Assembly (NCBI GenBank): GCA_965206145.1
Contig: CBDBIK010000005.1
Span: forward strand, 513,206 to 577,205
DNA: 64,000 nt
Source of the DNA: Alphaproteobacteria bacterium
Lineage (GTDB): Bacteria; Pseudomonadota; Alphaproteobacteria; TMED109
Direction: 5' to 3'
Made by a program: the position numbers and the translations under genes. The notes beneath the pieces were generated by a model. The model saw nothing but the letters and a program-made list of their open reading frames with translations. It ran no database searches and was not told where the DNA came from. Of the stretch, positions 14,865-24,113 are shown piece by piece; position 1 is the first letter of the stretch, and every line of letters begins with the position of its first letter.

Positions 14865-16723
14865 GGTCGTTGGCCTCGCTCCGGCCGGTCCTTGCAAGGT
14901 CGATGCAGGACATCTGCAATGGCCCTGCACCGGCTGTGCAGGAGCCTTGCGCGGCCCCGCAGGAGCTCCCCCAGGCATCGGCCTGGGAGAGTGCAACGGA
15001 CGCGGGCCGTGCCCGTGCCTACACCCGCCTGGACGCGGTCGCCCGTAGCGACGCACTCGTGACCGAAGGGCTACCTCGCAGTGCCGCCGATGTACAGGCG
15101 GCGCGCGAGCGCGGCGTGTCACGCTCGGCTCTCGCAGGCTGGCGCGGCCGCATCCGGGGTGTCGCCGTCGGCGAGCGCCTTGCCGCACTCCTCGACCGTC
15201 CAGGGCGGGGCCGTCCGCGGAAGAACGAGTGGGCAGGGCTGGGAGCCGATGAGCTCTGGCGCCACTGGTCCAGCGACTATCTCCGTGAGGAGGCTCCCGA
15301 CGCGGCGGCGGTGCACCGGCGGCTCATGCTAATCGCGAGTGAGCGCGGCTGGGGCTGTCCCTCGCTGCGGGCGTTCACGCGGAGGACGGAGCGCGAAATA
15401 CCGAAGGCGGAGCGGGTGCGTGCGCGCCAAGGCGCGGTCGCGGCTCTTGATCTTCATCCTTACCAAACCCGCACGGTCGCGGGCCTGAAGCCGCTTGAAA
15501 TCGTCAACGGTGATGGTCGGCGCCATGACGTCATCGTGCGCTTTCCCACCGGTCGTCAGGGGCGTCCCGTTGTCTGGATGTGGCAAGACATCCGCACCCG
15601 CCGAATTCTTTCCTGGAGGATCGGAGAGACAGAGTCGTCCGATCTCGTTCGAACTGCACTCCACGAGCTGATCGTGGCGCATGGCGTTCCCGAGCGACTT
15701 GTGGTCGACCAGACGCTGGCGGCGTCGTCGAAATTTCTCACCGGCGGCATGTCGGGGCGCAAAAGATGGCGTTCGACGGGCGAGGAGTTACTGGGGATCC
15801 TCGCGCTGCTGGAGATACAGTACAGCCCGACGGCGGTGGATACGGACGCAGGCGGCCGAGGGAAAGGCCGGGGACGTTCCAAACCCGTCGAACGTGCCTT
15901 TGGCGACCTCGCGCGGCAGGTTGACACGCACCCGCTGTTGGTTGGTGCTTACACCGGCCGCTCGACCCAGGACCGGCCTGAGACGCACCGCACCAACGTC
16001 GTCGCCCTCGAGACTTTCGCGACGGTGCTCACGGCGGCGGTTGCCGAACACAATGCCCGCCCGGGCCGGCGGACCGAAGCTGCGGCGGGACGCAGCTTCG
16101 ACCAGGTCTGGGCCGAGGAGATCAAGGGCGCGGCCGTGCGCCGCATGACGCAGGCGCAGGCGTCGGTACTGCTACTCGCCGCCGAGGACGTGACGGTCAA
16201 CGCGGACGGCACATTCACACTTCGGTGCGGGCGTGGGGCGCGGATGCCAGTCAACCGCTACCACTCGCCCGCATTGGTCGAGCGGGCGGGCCAGAGCCTG
16301 GTTGCCCGCTTCGACCCGGGCGAGCTCCACGGCGCTGTCTACCTCCACGTCCGGGACGGCCGCTACATCGGCCGCGCGGAGTGCGTGCTCCCCGTTGGAT
16401 TCGCCGACGCTGGCACCGCTCGCCGGCACGAGGCGGCGCGCCGGGATCTCCGCCGCGCCGCCGAGCGTGGCCTTCGGGCGAGGCGCGACCTGGAGGAGCT
16501 CGCCCGGGCGCACCGGGACCTGCCGTCTCCGCCTGCGCCGAACGATCCTGCTTCAGGTGTTGTCCGCTTGGTCGCAAACGGTTCCCTTCCTCAGTTGCCG
16601 TCGCCAAATCCGGGATCGGATCCGGTGACGTCCGCCGCCACCAAGACGGCCCCGTCCCGTCCGCGGCGAGGAGTCGCGGCGGCTCTTCGCATCATTCAAT
16701 CCCAGAAGGACTCTGATTTATGA
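14861..16723 (+). CDS. Mu-type DDE transposase (MuA-like)
   Basis: 620 aa. Integrase-core-like region (EIVNGDGRRHDVIV..., VVDQTLAASSKF..., SKPVERAFGDL). C-terminal Mu-transposase-like region. Followed by a MuB-like gene with an ATGA overlap. Confidence 0.85.
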   Translation: MRSLASLRPVLARSMQDICNGPAPAVQEPCAAPQELPQASAWESATDAGRARAYTRLDAVARSDALVTEGLPRSAADVQAARERGVSRSALAGWRGRIRGVAVGERLAALLDRPGRGRPRKNEWAGLGADELWRHWSSDYLREEAPDAAAVHRRLMLIASERGWGCPSLRAFTRRTEREIPKAERVRARQGAVAALDLHPYQTRTVAGLKPLEIVNGDGRRHDVIVRFPTGRQGRPVVWMWQDIRTRRILSWRIGETESSDLVRTALHELIVAHGVPERLVVDQTLAASSKFLTGGMSGRKRWRSTGEELLGILALLEIQYSPTAVDTDAGGRGKGRGRSKPVERAFGDLARQVDTHPLLVGAYTGRSTQDRPETHRTNVVALETFATVLTAAVAEHNARPGRRTEAAAGRSFDQVWAEEIKGAAVRRMTQAQASVLLLAAEDVTVNADGTFTLRCGRGARMPVNRYHSPALVERAGQSLVARFDPGELHGAVYLHVRDGRYIGRAECVLPVGFADAGTARRHEAARRDLRRAAERGLRARRDLEELARAHRDLPSPPAPNDPASGVVRLVANGSLPQLPSPNPGSDPVTSAATKTAPSRPRRGVAAALRIIQSQKDSDL

Positions 16724-17724
16724 GCACTCAGAATCAATTCGATCATCAGGACGACGGTGGCAACATCGTCGCCCTGCCCGGCACCGGGCGGATCTCTCAA
16801 GCTTCGCTCGTCGCGGACTGCCGCGACGAGATGGAGGCTGCGGGACTGTCGATTCAGCAGGCAGCGCGGGAGATCGGTCGCGGTGTGAGCAGTGCCACCC
16901 TCTCCAAATGGCTCCGCGACAGATATGAGGGCGATGTGGGAGCGGTCTCGAAGCGCATCGAGACGTGGATCGAGACGCGGCGCGAGCGCGCTCGCCGGGC
17001 GATCGGCGGCGCGGGTCTCGACCGCCATGCATCCCTTCAAGTCACGGCCGACATCGAGGCCGTCCTCGGTCACGCTCAAGCCGCCGCCGACGTCGTCCTG
17101 GTTCACGGCCGGAGTGGTGCCGGTAAGAGCTGGGCGAGCCGTCGCTACTGCGGATCTCGCACCGCTGCCCACTTTGTCGTCGCGACGGGGGCGGTGACGA
17201 CGCTCTCCGGTCTTCTTGGCCGGGTCGCCGACGCGGTCGGTGGAGGCGCACGTCACGTCTCAGCCCTGGCGGCCGAGAGCGTGGCGGTCGCCCGCCTCAG
17301 GGACCGCGGTGCCCTCCTCGCAGTCGACGAGGCGCATCACCTGTCCGCTCGCCTCTTGGACGAGCTCCGTTGCATCCGTGACATGGCGGGATGCGGCCTC
17401 GCCCTGATTGGCGGCGACGAGTTGTGGACGCGGTTGGCATCCTCGCCGCATTGCGACCAGATCGTCGGGCGAATTGGGATTCGCCTACCGGTGGGCAGGG
17501 TCTCGGAGACCGACGTCCGAGAGCTAGGCGGGGCGGTCCTGGGCCGCGAGACCGCGGCACGAGAGACGCGCCTCCTACTCGCTTCGGCGCAGGCCGCCGG
17601 TGGGCTGCACGCGCTGCGCCGACTCCTTGTACGTGCGTGGATTCATGCCAAGGCAGAGGGTCGCGCCACCACCGTCCAGGCAGAAGACCTGACGGCGGCC
17701 GCCGAGGAAGGAGGCGCGCCATGA
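16720..17724 (+). CDS. MuB-like AAA+ ATPase (DNA transposition protein B)
   Basis: N-terminal HTH (LSIQQAAREIGRGVSSATLSKWL). Walker A is VHGRSGAGKS and Walker B-like is LLAVDEAHHL. Confidence 0.8.
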   Translation: MSTQNQFDHQDDGGNIVALPGTGRISQASLVADCRDEMEAAGLSIQQAAREIGRGVSSATLSKWLRDRYEGDVGAVSKRIETWIETRRERARRAIGGAGLDRHASLQVTADIEAVLGHAQAAADVVLVHGRSGAGKSWASRRYCGSRTAAHFVVATGAVTTLSGLLGRVADAVGGGARHVSALAAESVAVARLRDRGALLAVDEAHHLSARLLDELRCIRDMAGCGLALIGGDELWTRLASSPHCDQIVGRIGIRLPVGRVSETDVRELGGAVLGRETAARETRLLLASAQAAGGLHALRRLLVRAWIHAKAEGRATTVQAEDLTAAAEEGGAP

Positions 17725-18014
17725 TCGTGCTACGCGAAAACGGTGCAGACCGCAGGATCGAGGCTGCGGTGTCCGGCGCGGACCTTCTCGTTCTGCGCCG
17801 GCTCGCGGACCGGCCGGCGGAGGCGGTGGTATCGACTGTCGAATTGGCCAGACCTGCGGACACAAGTCCGGCCCGGATGCTGGTTCGCCTGCGCAAGCTC
17901 GAGAAGGAGTTTCTGGTCAGCAGCATATCGCTATCAGGCGGCCTGGGGGTCGGCTGGACGTTGACGAATCTCGGCCAAACAGTTGTCGGCCGAGCCGAGG
18001 AGGCCGGAGCATGA
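17721..18014 (+). CDS. small winged-helix-like protein (97 aa)
   Basis: ATG at 17721 forms an ATGA overlap with the MuB-like stop (MIVLRENGADRR...LVRLRKLEKEFLVSS). Internal start of ORF 17391..18014. Confidence 0.5.
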   Translation: MIVLRENGADRRIEAAVSGADLLVLRRLADRPAEAVVSTVELARPADTSPARMLVRLRKLEKEFLVSSISLSGGLGVGWTLTNLGQTVVGRAEEAGA

Positions 18015-18259
18015 GCGGCCCGCATGTCGCGGGGCCCCCGCCGGGCGCACGGATTCGTTCCTGGATCGCAGACCAGCGCCTCGAGTTCAACACTCCGACG
18101 GAGCGGGTGGAGTGGGTCGAAAAGTGTGCTGCACTGTTCGAGCTCGCCGATGAGCTGGACTCCGTCGAAGAGATCCCCGACGGCGGCCCCAGTAGGCCGC
18201 CCATCCCTGATCGGGAGCAGGTTCTTGCCTTTCGACCTTTCGACGGGAGATCCAAATGA
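18011..18259 (+). CDS. hypothetical early protein (82 aa)
   Basis: ORF track. ATGA overlap with the upstream gene. Confidence 0.45.
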   Translation: MSGPHVAGPPPGARIRSWIADQRLEFNTPTERVEWVEKCAALFELADELDSVEEIPDGGPSRPPIPDREQVLAFRPFDGRSK

Positions 18260-18356
18260 GCGTGACTCTTGAACGCCGCCGTCGTCGTCGCTGTCGCTGC
18301 TTCGTCGCTCGTCAGATCCGTTGGTGGCTCCGCATCACTTTGAGGAGGAGGAGCTC

Positions 18357-18878
18357 ATGAGCGGCACAAAGATTGCCCTTGGCGAGGTCGCCGACCTCGC
18401 CAAGACCTACGCCAGGGAGCGCGGTGCGCTCCAGGACGTGGTTGACGACATCCACGACGATCAGCGTGCGATTCTCCGAGCCCGCAAGAGGTCCCTGCAA
18501 GCAGCGGTGGTGCGCGCCTCGGCCGCGAAGGACGCGCTCCGTACCGCAATCGATGGATCGCGGGCGCTCTTTGAGAGACCTCGGACGCAGACCTGCGACG
18601 GGGTGAAGTTTGGGTTGCGAAAGTTGCCCGGGCGGATCGATCTTGGCGATGAAGCGCAGGTCATCACCCGCATCCGCAGGAAGCTACCGAACCGCGCGGA
18701 CGACCTTGTAAGAGTACGCGAATCATTGGCCAAGCCAGCCCTGCGCAACCTTGATGCCCGCTCGCTCGCCGCGATCGGGGTGCAGATCGATGATGTCGCA
18801 GACGAGATCATCATCGCCGCGGCGAGCGACGATCTCGACAAGCTGGTGGCAGCTTTGCTGCCAGACGAGGAGGTCTGA
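18357..18878 (+). CDS. Gam-like host-nuclease inhibitor (memory-based similarity to Mu Gam architecture)
   Basis: ATG at 18357 preceded by GGAGGAGGAG. N-terminal coiled coil, then GVKFGLRKLPGRIDLGD...VRVRESLAKPAL...GVQIDDVADEIII, which parallels the Mu Gam C-terminal half. Confidence 0.55.
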   Translation: MSGTKIALGEVADLAKTYARERGALQDVVDDIHDDQRAILRARKRSLQAAVVRASAAKDALRTAIDGSRALFERPRTQTCDGVKFGLRKLPGRIDLGDEAQVITRIRRKLPNRADDLVRVRESLAKPALRNLDARSLAAIGVQIDDVADEIIIAAASDDLDKLVAALLPDEEV

Positions 18879-18880
18879 GC

Positions 18881-19153
18881 GTGAGCGGCAGCGGTCCCAC
18901 CCGGGATGCCGTACTCGCTTCGCTTGCGGCGGGACGCTTCTGCTCCTCCTTGATCGCCCGCGAGCTGGGTTGCCGTGAGAGCGAGCTGCTGGGCATCCTT
19001 TTCGCGCTTGAGCGCGATGGTCTCGTCCGCTACGTCAAGACAAAACTCGGCCCGCACTTCCTCGTTACTTGGTCAGAGGTTCCGGAGACGGGAGGGGCGG
19101 CGGCGACGCAGCCCAAGTCGGCACGCCCGCCCGAGTGGCGGCGGAAGTTCTGA
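18881..19153 (+). CDS. small winged-helix-like protein (90 aa)
   Basis: ORF track (GTG start). Contains LIARELGCRESELLGILFALERDGLVRYV. Confidence 0.45.
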   Translation: MSGSGPTRDAVLASLAAGRFCSSLIARELGCRESELLGILFALERDGLVRYVKTKLGPHFLVTWSEVPETGGAAATQPKSARPPEWRRKF

Positions 19154-19860
19154 TGCCGGAACCGACGACCGACCCCGGGCGTGGGCGGATGATCCGGCTG
19201 GTGCACGTCGGTGCCCGCGCGCTCGGCCTCGACGACGACGCCCGCCACCACCTGCAGCTTCGCGTCACCGGGAAACGCTCGCTCACGGCGATGGATGGCG
19301 ACGATCTCCGCTCGGTGGTGGACGAAATGCGGCGGCTCGGGTTCGAGCCGCAGGCCTCTCGCGGGGAGGGGTTGCGAGATCGGCTGCCGAACGGCCCGCA
19401 GACCTCGAAATTGCGAGCACTCTGGATCTCCGCCTGGCATCTGGGCGTCATCGACGACAACTCAGACACCGCATGTGCCCGATTCGTGCGACGCCAACTC
19501 GGGATCGACTCCGCTCGCTGGGCGAGCGGCGGCAACGACATGACCAGGGTCATCGAGGCGCTGAAACTCTGGCTCGCAAGGCCCGCGAAGGAGGGCGGTG
19601 CCGGCGTCGACTGGTCACCCTACGCGTCGACGCAGGGTCCGTTCCATGCGCCGCGCGCGCGGGTGCTTGAAGCGCAGTGGCGGATCATGCACGGGCTCGG
19701 ACTGGTGGAGATCGCCGACACGGGAGCACTCTCCAGCTACGCCGCCCGCGTCCTCGGGATCAGTCGGCGGGGCCTCTCCGCACTTCCTGCCGCAGACGCC
19801 GACAAACTCATCCGCACCTTCGGCAAGAGGATCCGCACGGCGCGCAAGGAAGCGGCGTGA
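19153..19860 (+). CDS. Mu gp16/GemA-like protein (DUF1018-like)
   Basis: ATG at 19153 overlaps the upstream TGA. MIRLVHVGARALGLDDDARHHL...GKRSLTAMDGDDLRSVVDEMRRLGF is typical of the family (memory-based). Confidence 0.6.
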   Translation: MPEPTTDPGRGRMIRLVHVGARALGLDDDARHHLQLRVTGKRSLTAMDGDDLRSVVDEMRRLGFEPQASRGEGLRDRLPNGPQTSKLRALWISAWHLGVIDDNSDTACARFVRRQLGIDSARWASGGNDMTRVIEALKLWLARPAKEGGAGVDWSPYASTQGPFHAPRARVLEAQWRIMHGLGLVEIADTGALSSYAARVLGISRRGLSALPAADADKLIRTFGKRIRTARKEAA

Positions 19861-20129
19861 GACACGCGGCCGACGTCGAGGAGGCGGTGCTCCGCCGCCG
19901 CCGCTGCCAGATCCACGCGGCAAGGCGCGCCGGCGAACGCGGGTTCACGGATCTCGACACCGCCGCCCTCGAGGAGAGGCTCCGGCGAATGCGGCCGGCA
20001 TTCGAGCGCAACGGCCGCCGACGCCACGAAATCATCATCCGGCGCGCCCGGGAGCGGATCACCGCCGTCTACGACACCTCTCTTGATTGCCTGGTCACGG
20101 TGTACCCCCTTGAGCGGAGGAGCCGATGA
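19857..20129 (+). CDS. hypothetical protein (90 aa)
   Basis: GTG at 19857 forms a GTGA overlap with the upstream stop. Ends in an ATGA overlap with the Mor-like gene. Confidence 0.4.
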   Translation: MRHAADVEEAVLRRRRCQIHAARRAGERGFTDLDTAALEERLRRMRPAFERNGRRRHEIIIRRARERITAVYDTSLDCLVTVYPLERRSR

Positions 20130-20461
20130 CGGAGGATGTCGTCGGTCGAAACAGCATTGATCTGGACGATCTCGAAGCCATCGCCGGCATTGATGCGGCT
20201 TTGGCCTTTGTTGAGCGTCACGGGGGGCGATCGATCTACATCGCCAAGCTCAGCCAATTCCGCAACGACAACCGCCTGATCGAGGGGCGCGATGCGGCGA
20301 TCCAGCTGGCCATGCAATATGGTGGGCAATCGTATTACGTGGCCCAGTCCCGGCATCGGCGCGCACACATCTATGCCAGGCGCGGCCTCGACCTTGGCGA
20401 AATCGCCCGGCGGCTAGGGACAACGCCCCGCAGCGTCCGTCGCTATCTGGCAACGACGTAA
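20126..20461 (+). CDS. Mor-family transcriptional activator
   Basis: 111 aa. Contains GGRSIYIAK... and a C-terminal HTH (LGEIARRLGTTPRSVRRYL). Last gene before the late motif. Confidence 0.65.
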   Translation: MTEDVVGRNSIDLDDLEAIAGIDAALAFVERHGGRSIYIAKLSQFRNDNRLIEGRDAAIQLAMQYGGQSYYVAQSRHRRAHIYARRGLDLGEIARRLGTTPRSVRRYLATT

Positions 20462-20465
20462 AACA

Positions 20466-20482
20466 TGTGACACCTGTCACCT
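20466..20482 (+). promoter_or_regulatory. 17-bp late-operon motif TGTGACACCTGTCACCT (copy 2)
   Basis: Identical to the reverse complement of 10151..10167. Begins 4 nt after the Mor-like stop, with 34 nt between the motif and the ATG at 20517. Confidence 0.5.
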
Positions 20483-20516
20483 GTTCTTGCGCGCGCGGTC
20501 GCGGCACCATCAGCTC

Positions 20517-20948
20517 ATGTCCCGTGCTGATCTCATCCGTGATGTTTCTTCCGACCACGGCACGCTCGGCGTGCTGCTGGTGGATGGCGAACCGCTTGCC
20601 CACACCATGGAGCCGCCCTGGCGCGACAACGCGCGGGGCCGGTCCTGCATCCCCGCCGGCGAGTACCGAACAGTCTGGCACCGGAGCCCCCGCTACGGCG
20701 AGTGCTATCTGGTTACCGACGTGCCGGGTCGCAGTCACATCCTCATTCATTCCGGCAACGTCGGCGGCGACCCCGACCAGGGACTACACACCCATACGCA
20801 GGGCTGCGTTCTTCTTGGGCGCAGGCGCGGCGAGCTCGCGGTCCGCGATCGCCGCCAGCGCGCGGTCCTGGTGTCGCGGCCGACGTTGCGGGCTTTTACC
20901 GCGGCGATGGCAGGCGAGACCTTCAACCTTGCGGTGCAAGCCCCATGA
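20517..20948 (+). CDS. DUF5675-like protein; candidate cell-wall hydrolase (YkuD-like His...Gly-Cys motif)
   Basis: Internal ATG (MSRADLIRDVSSDHGTLGVLLVDGEPLAHTMEPPWRDN...SCIPAGEY...ILIHSGN...THTQGCVLLG). First gene of the plus-strand late arm, followed by membrane proteins. Confidence 0.55.
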   Translation: MSRADLIRDVSSDHGTLGVLLVDGEPLAHTMEPPWRDNARGRSCIPAGEYRTVWHRSPRYGECYLVTDVPGRSHILIHSGNVGGDPDQGLHTHTQGCVLLGRRRGELAVRDRRQRAVLVSRPTLRAFTAAMAGETFNLAVQAP

Positions 20949-21012
20949 AACGGCCTTGCAAGTGCCCCGAACGGGGTCTGCAACGGGTCGGAGGAAACTG
21001 ACAATCGAATCC

Positions 21013-21555
21013 GTGTTTGACATCCTCCAGTTGGTTCTCGGTGGCGGCGCGACCGGTATCCTCGGTACTCTGATCTCGCGCGGCGTTGGCCTCTTCCAGA
21101 AACGCCAAGACCTCACGCACGAACTGGCGTTGCGCGAGCTCGATCTCAGGCACATTGCCGCCGAGGCCGAGGTTGGTGCGACGCTCCGGGCACACGAGCT
21201 TGAGAGCGATCGCATCGAGGCGGCGGCCCGCGAGCGCACCGCCGAGCACGACGCACTGCTCACATCGATCAAGGCTGACCGGGCGGCTTATGCGACACAT
21301 GGCCTCACCCCTGCCCAGAACTGGCTGATGGTGATCGTTGACTTCGTCCGCGGCCTCATGCGGCCCGCGCTCACCGTTGCCCTCGTCGCTCTTGCCTGGA
21401 CGATCGTCGTGCGGACTCCGACGGGGAGCGATCCGGGTGCCGCCGGCATGGTCATCCTCTACCTCGCCATCTCCTGCGTCACGTGGTGGTTCTGCGACCG
21501 GGCTGCGGCGAAAATGGCGCAGGCGTTCCTGCCGGGCTCGAAGGGCACCGCGTGA
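21013..21555 (+). CDS. holin-like membrane protein (start uncertain)
   Basis: Part of ORF 20467..21555. Hydrophobic segments are ILQLVLGGGATGILGTLI, WLMVIVDFVRGLMRPALTVALVALAWTIVV and MVILYLAISCVTWWF. GTG at 21013 is the first plausible start. Confidence 0.4.
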   Translation: MFDILQLVLGGGATGILGTLISRGVGLFQKRQDLTHELALRELDLRHIAAEAEVGATLRAHELESDRIEAAARERTAEHDALLTSIKADRAAYATHGLTPAQNWLMVIVDFVRGLMRPALTVALVALAWTIVVRTPTGSDPGAAGMVILYLAISCVTWWFCDRAAAKMAQAFLPGSKGTA

Positions 21556-21857
21556 ACGCCGAAGTCTTCGTCGAGTGGGTGGCCCGGGCGGTTGTCGTTG
21601 CCACGGTCGGTGCTGTGACAACGCTCTTTGTGCGTCTGCGCAGGGTTGAGGCAGAGAATGCCGTCATCGAGGAGACGGTCCGCCAGATCGCGGGAAGCAA
21701 CGTCGGAGAGGAACTCCACAAACTGCGTCTGTGCATCGCCGAGAGCTACGTAAGGCGCGACGACTACGTCCAGCAACTCTCGCTGATCCAGTCGAAGCTG
21801 GACTCGCTTGGAACCCTCGTCGCCCGCGTCGACGAGAGGACCAGGAACGGAGGCTAA
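21552..21857 (+). CDS. membrane-anchored coiled-coil protein (possible lysis accessory/spanin-like)
   Basis: GTG at 21552 forms a GTGA overlap. N-terminal TM segment (FVEWVARAVVVATVGAVTTLFV) followed by a helical region. Confidence 0.45.
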   Translation: MNAEVFVEWVARAVVVATVGAVTTLFVRLRRVEAENAVIEETVRQIAGSNVGEELHKLRLCIAESYVRRDDYVQQLSLIQSKLDSLGTLVARVDERTRNGG

Positions 21858-21860
21858 AGC

Positions 21861-22193
21861 ATGAACGAGACAGCCGAGAGGATGGAGCACACTCGCCTCG
21901 AGAGCGGACGTTGGGAGATGCTCCGTGTGATGCATGTTGCTGGCCATCTTGGCGCCACCGAAACCATGATGCTTTCCACGCTTCGCGCGATGTGGATGCA
22001 GACCACACGGGAGTGGATCCGCGACCAGCTTGCCTACCTCGAGGACCGCAAACTCGTGAAGGTCGAGCGTCACGAGATCAAGGAATGGTGCTCCACCCTG
22101 ACCCGACACGGTGTGGACGTCGCCACCTACACCGTCGACTGCGAGCCGGGAATCTCCCGCCCGCGGAAGTACTGGGGCAGCGCGGCCTCCTGA
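21861..22193 (+). CDS. hypothetical protein (110 aa)
   Basis: ORF track. Tightly packed between the lysis genes and the terminase genes. Confidence 0.45.
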   Translation: MNETAERMEHTRLESGRWEMLRVMHVAGHLGATETMMLSTLRAMWMQTTREWIRDQLAYLEDRKLVKVERHEIKEWCSTLTRHGVDVATYTVDCEPGISRPRKYWGSAAS

Positions 22194-22194
22194 C

Positions 22195-22731
22195 ATGCCG
22201 GCGCGGTCCAAGGTCTCGACCCTGCCAGACGACGTGCGCGCGGAACTCGATCGCCGCCTCGTAGAGGGCGGCTTCGGCGGTTACGTCGAACTTTCGGAAT
22301 GGCTTGCCGGTCGGGGTTGCCACGTTTCCAAATCGTCGCTCCAGCGCCACGGTGCCACCCTGGAGCGACGCATAGAACAGACCAGGATCGCGACAGAGAG
22401 TGCGCGCACCCTGGTCGAGGCGGTGCCCGACGACGCGGGCGCAATGTCGCTCGCTACGCTTCGTATGGCGCAGCAAAGGATCTTTGATCTCCTGCTTGCC
22501 GCCGAGGACGGCAGTCTCCAGGACGTCTCCCGCGCCGCACGCGCTGTGGCCGAGCTGGGCCGCGCCACGGGGAGCGTCCAGCGGGACCGCCGCGCGATCC
22601 TCGCTGAGGCTGCCGATCGGGCCGAATCTGCCGCGCTCGCCGAGAGCGAGAAGGCCGGACGGAAACTCTCACCGGCTTCACTTCGGACAATCAGAGAACA
22701 GGTCTACGGGATCGTGGGCGAGGCCGCATGA
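22195..22731 (+). CDS. small terminase subunit (DUF3486 / Mu gp27-like)
   Basis: ATG at 22195 (MPARSKVSTLPDDVRAELDRRLVEGGFGGYVELSEWLAGRGCHVSKSSLQRHG) is the typical DUF3486 N-terminus. ATGA overlap with the large terminase. Confidence 0.65.
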   Translation: MPARSKVSTLPDDVRAELDRRLVEGGFGGYVELSEWLAGRGCHVSKSSLQRHGATLERRIEQTRIATESARTLVEAVPDDAGAMSLATLRMAQQRIFDLLLAAEDGSLQDVSRAARAVAELGRATGSVQRDRRAILAEAADRAESAALAESEKAGRKLSPASLRTIREQVYGIVGEAA

Positions 22732-24113
22732 GCCCTGCCGTCACGCTCCTGCCCTACCAGCAACGCTGGTTCCAGGACCGTTCGCGCTTCAAGCTCGGGC
22801 GCTGGAGCCGCCAGACCGGCAAGACCTTCACCACCACCCTTGAGATCGTTGACGACGTCCACGAGGCGATGACGCAGGGCCGGCGGGCGCGATGGATCAT
22901 TCTCTCCCGCGGCGAGCGCCAGGCGAAAGAGGCGATGCAAGGCGCCCTCATCCCCCACGCCAAGGCATACGGAGCCGCGATTCGCGAGATCGAGGGTGAG
23001 TTCGCAACCGCCGAGGGCACCACCTTCCGCGCTGTCGAGGTCGAGTTCGAGAACGGATCGCGCGTCTCCGCGTTGCCCGCCAACCCCGACACTGCGCGCG
23101 GCTTCTCTGCAAACGTCTTTCTCGATGAGTTCGCCTGGCATCAGGACGCACGGGCGATTTGGGCCGCTCTTTTCCCCGCCGTCTCCGCCGGTCATCGCCT
23201 CGTTGTTGCCTCCACGCCGCGCGGCAAGGGCAACCGGTTCTACGAGCTCGCCACTGACAGGTCCGGCCGATGGTCGGTTCATCTCGTCACCATTCACGAT
23301 GCCGTTCGCGACGGGCTTGCGCGCGATGTCGCAGAGCTCCGTGACGCGCTTGGCGACGACCAGCTGTGGCGTCAGGAATACGAGTGCGAGTGGCTCGACG
23401 AAGCCAGCGCCTGGCTCTCCTTCGATCTGATCGATGGCTGCGAGCACGACGACGCAGGCCGGCCCGAGAGCTTCCAGGGCGGATCCGTCTACATCGGCAA
23501 CGACATCGCCCGCCGCCATGACCTGTGGGTCGCCTGGGTCATCGAGATCGTGGGCGATGTCGCCTGGACGCGCGAGATCGCGACGCTTCGCGGCGCGACA
23601 TTCGCCCAGCAGGACGCCGAGCTCGACCGTCTGATCGAGAACTACAACCCGGTTCGCGTCGCCATGGACCAGACCGGCATGGGCGAGAAGCCCGTCGAGG
23701 ACGCGCAACACCGCCACGGCAGCATGATCGAGGGCGTCATCTTCACGGGGCCCCGCAGGCTCGCACTCGCTACCGCGCTGCGCGAACGCCTCGAGGATCG
23801 CACGATCCGCATCCCCGCCGGCGATCGTCGGCTCCGCGATGACCTCCACGCCGTCGGCAAGACGGTTGGTCCCACCGGAGCACCGCGGCTCATTGGCGGC
23901 CGTTCCGGCGACAGCCACGCTGATCGCTTCTGGGCGGCGGCCCTCGCCGCCGGTGCCGCTGCCGATGGCCTGCCTGCCTTCGAAGCGACCGTCACCGCCC
24001 GCCGCAGCGCATGGGACGCCGAGCTTCCCATGCCCGGAACACCCCTCCACGCGATTGACCACCGGAACGGGATCGTTCGAAGCGCATTTGCCAACGGGCT
24101 CGGGAGAAGCTGA
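22728..24113 (+). CDS. large terminase subunit (Mu gp28-like)
   Basis: 461 aa. LLPYQQRWFQDRSRFKLGRWSRQTGKTF (Walker A-like) and a nuclease half further downstream. Position is before the portal. Confidence 0.85.
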   Translation: MSPAVTLLPYQQRWFQDRSRFKLGRWSRQTGKTFTTTLEIVDDVHEAMTQGRRARWIILSRGERQAKEAMQGALIPHAKAYGAAIREIEGEFATAEGTTFRAVEVEFENGSRVSALPANPDTARGFSANVFLDEFAWHQDARAIWAALFPAVSAGHRLVVASTPRGKGNRFYELATDRSGRWSVHLVTIHDAVRDGLARDVAELRDALGDDQLWRQEYECEWLDEASAWLSFDLIDGCEHDDAGRPESFQGGSVYIGNDIARRHDLWVAWVIEIVGDVAWTREIATLRGATFAQQDAELDRLIENYNPVRVAMDQTGMGEKPVEDAQHRHGSMIEGVIFTGPRRLALATALRERLEDRTIRIPAGDRRLRDDLHAVGKTVGPTGAPRLIGGRSGDSHADRFWAAALAAGAAADGLPAFEATVTARRSAWDAELPMPGTPLHAIDHRNGIVRSAFANGLGRS

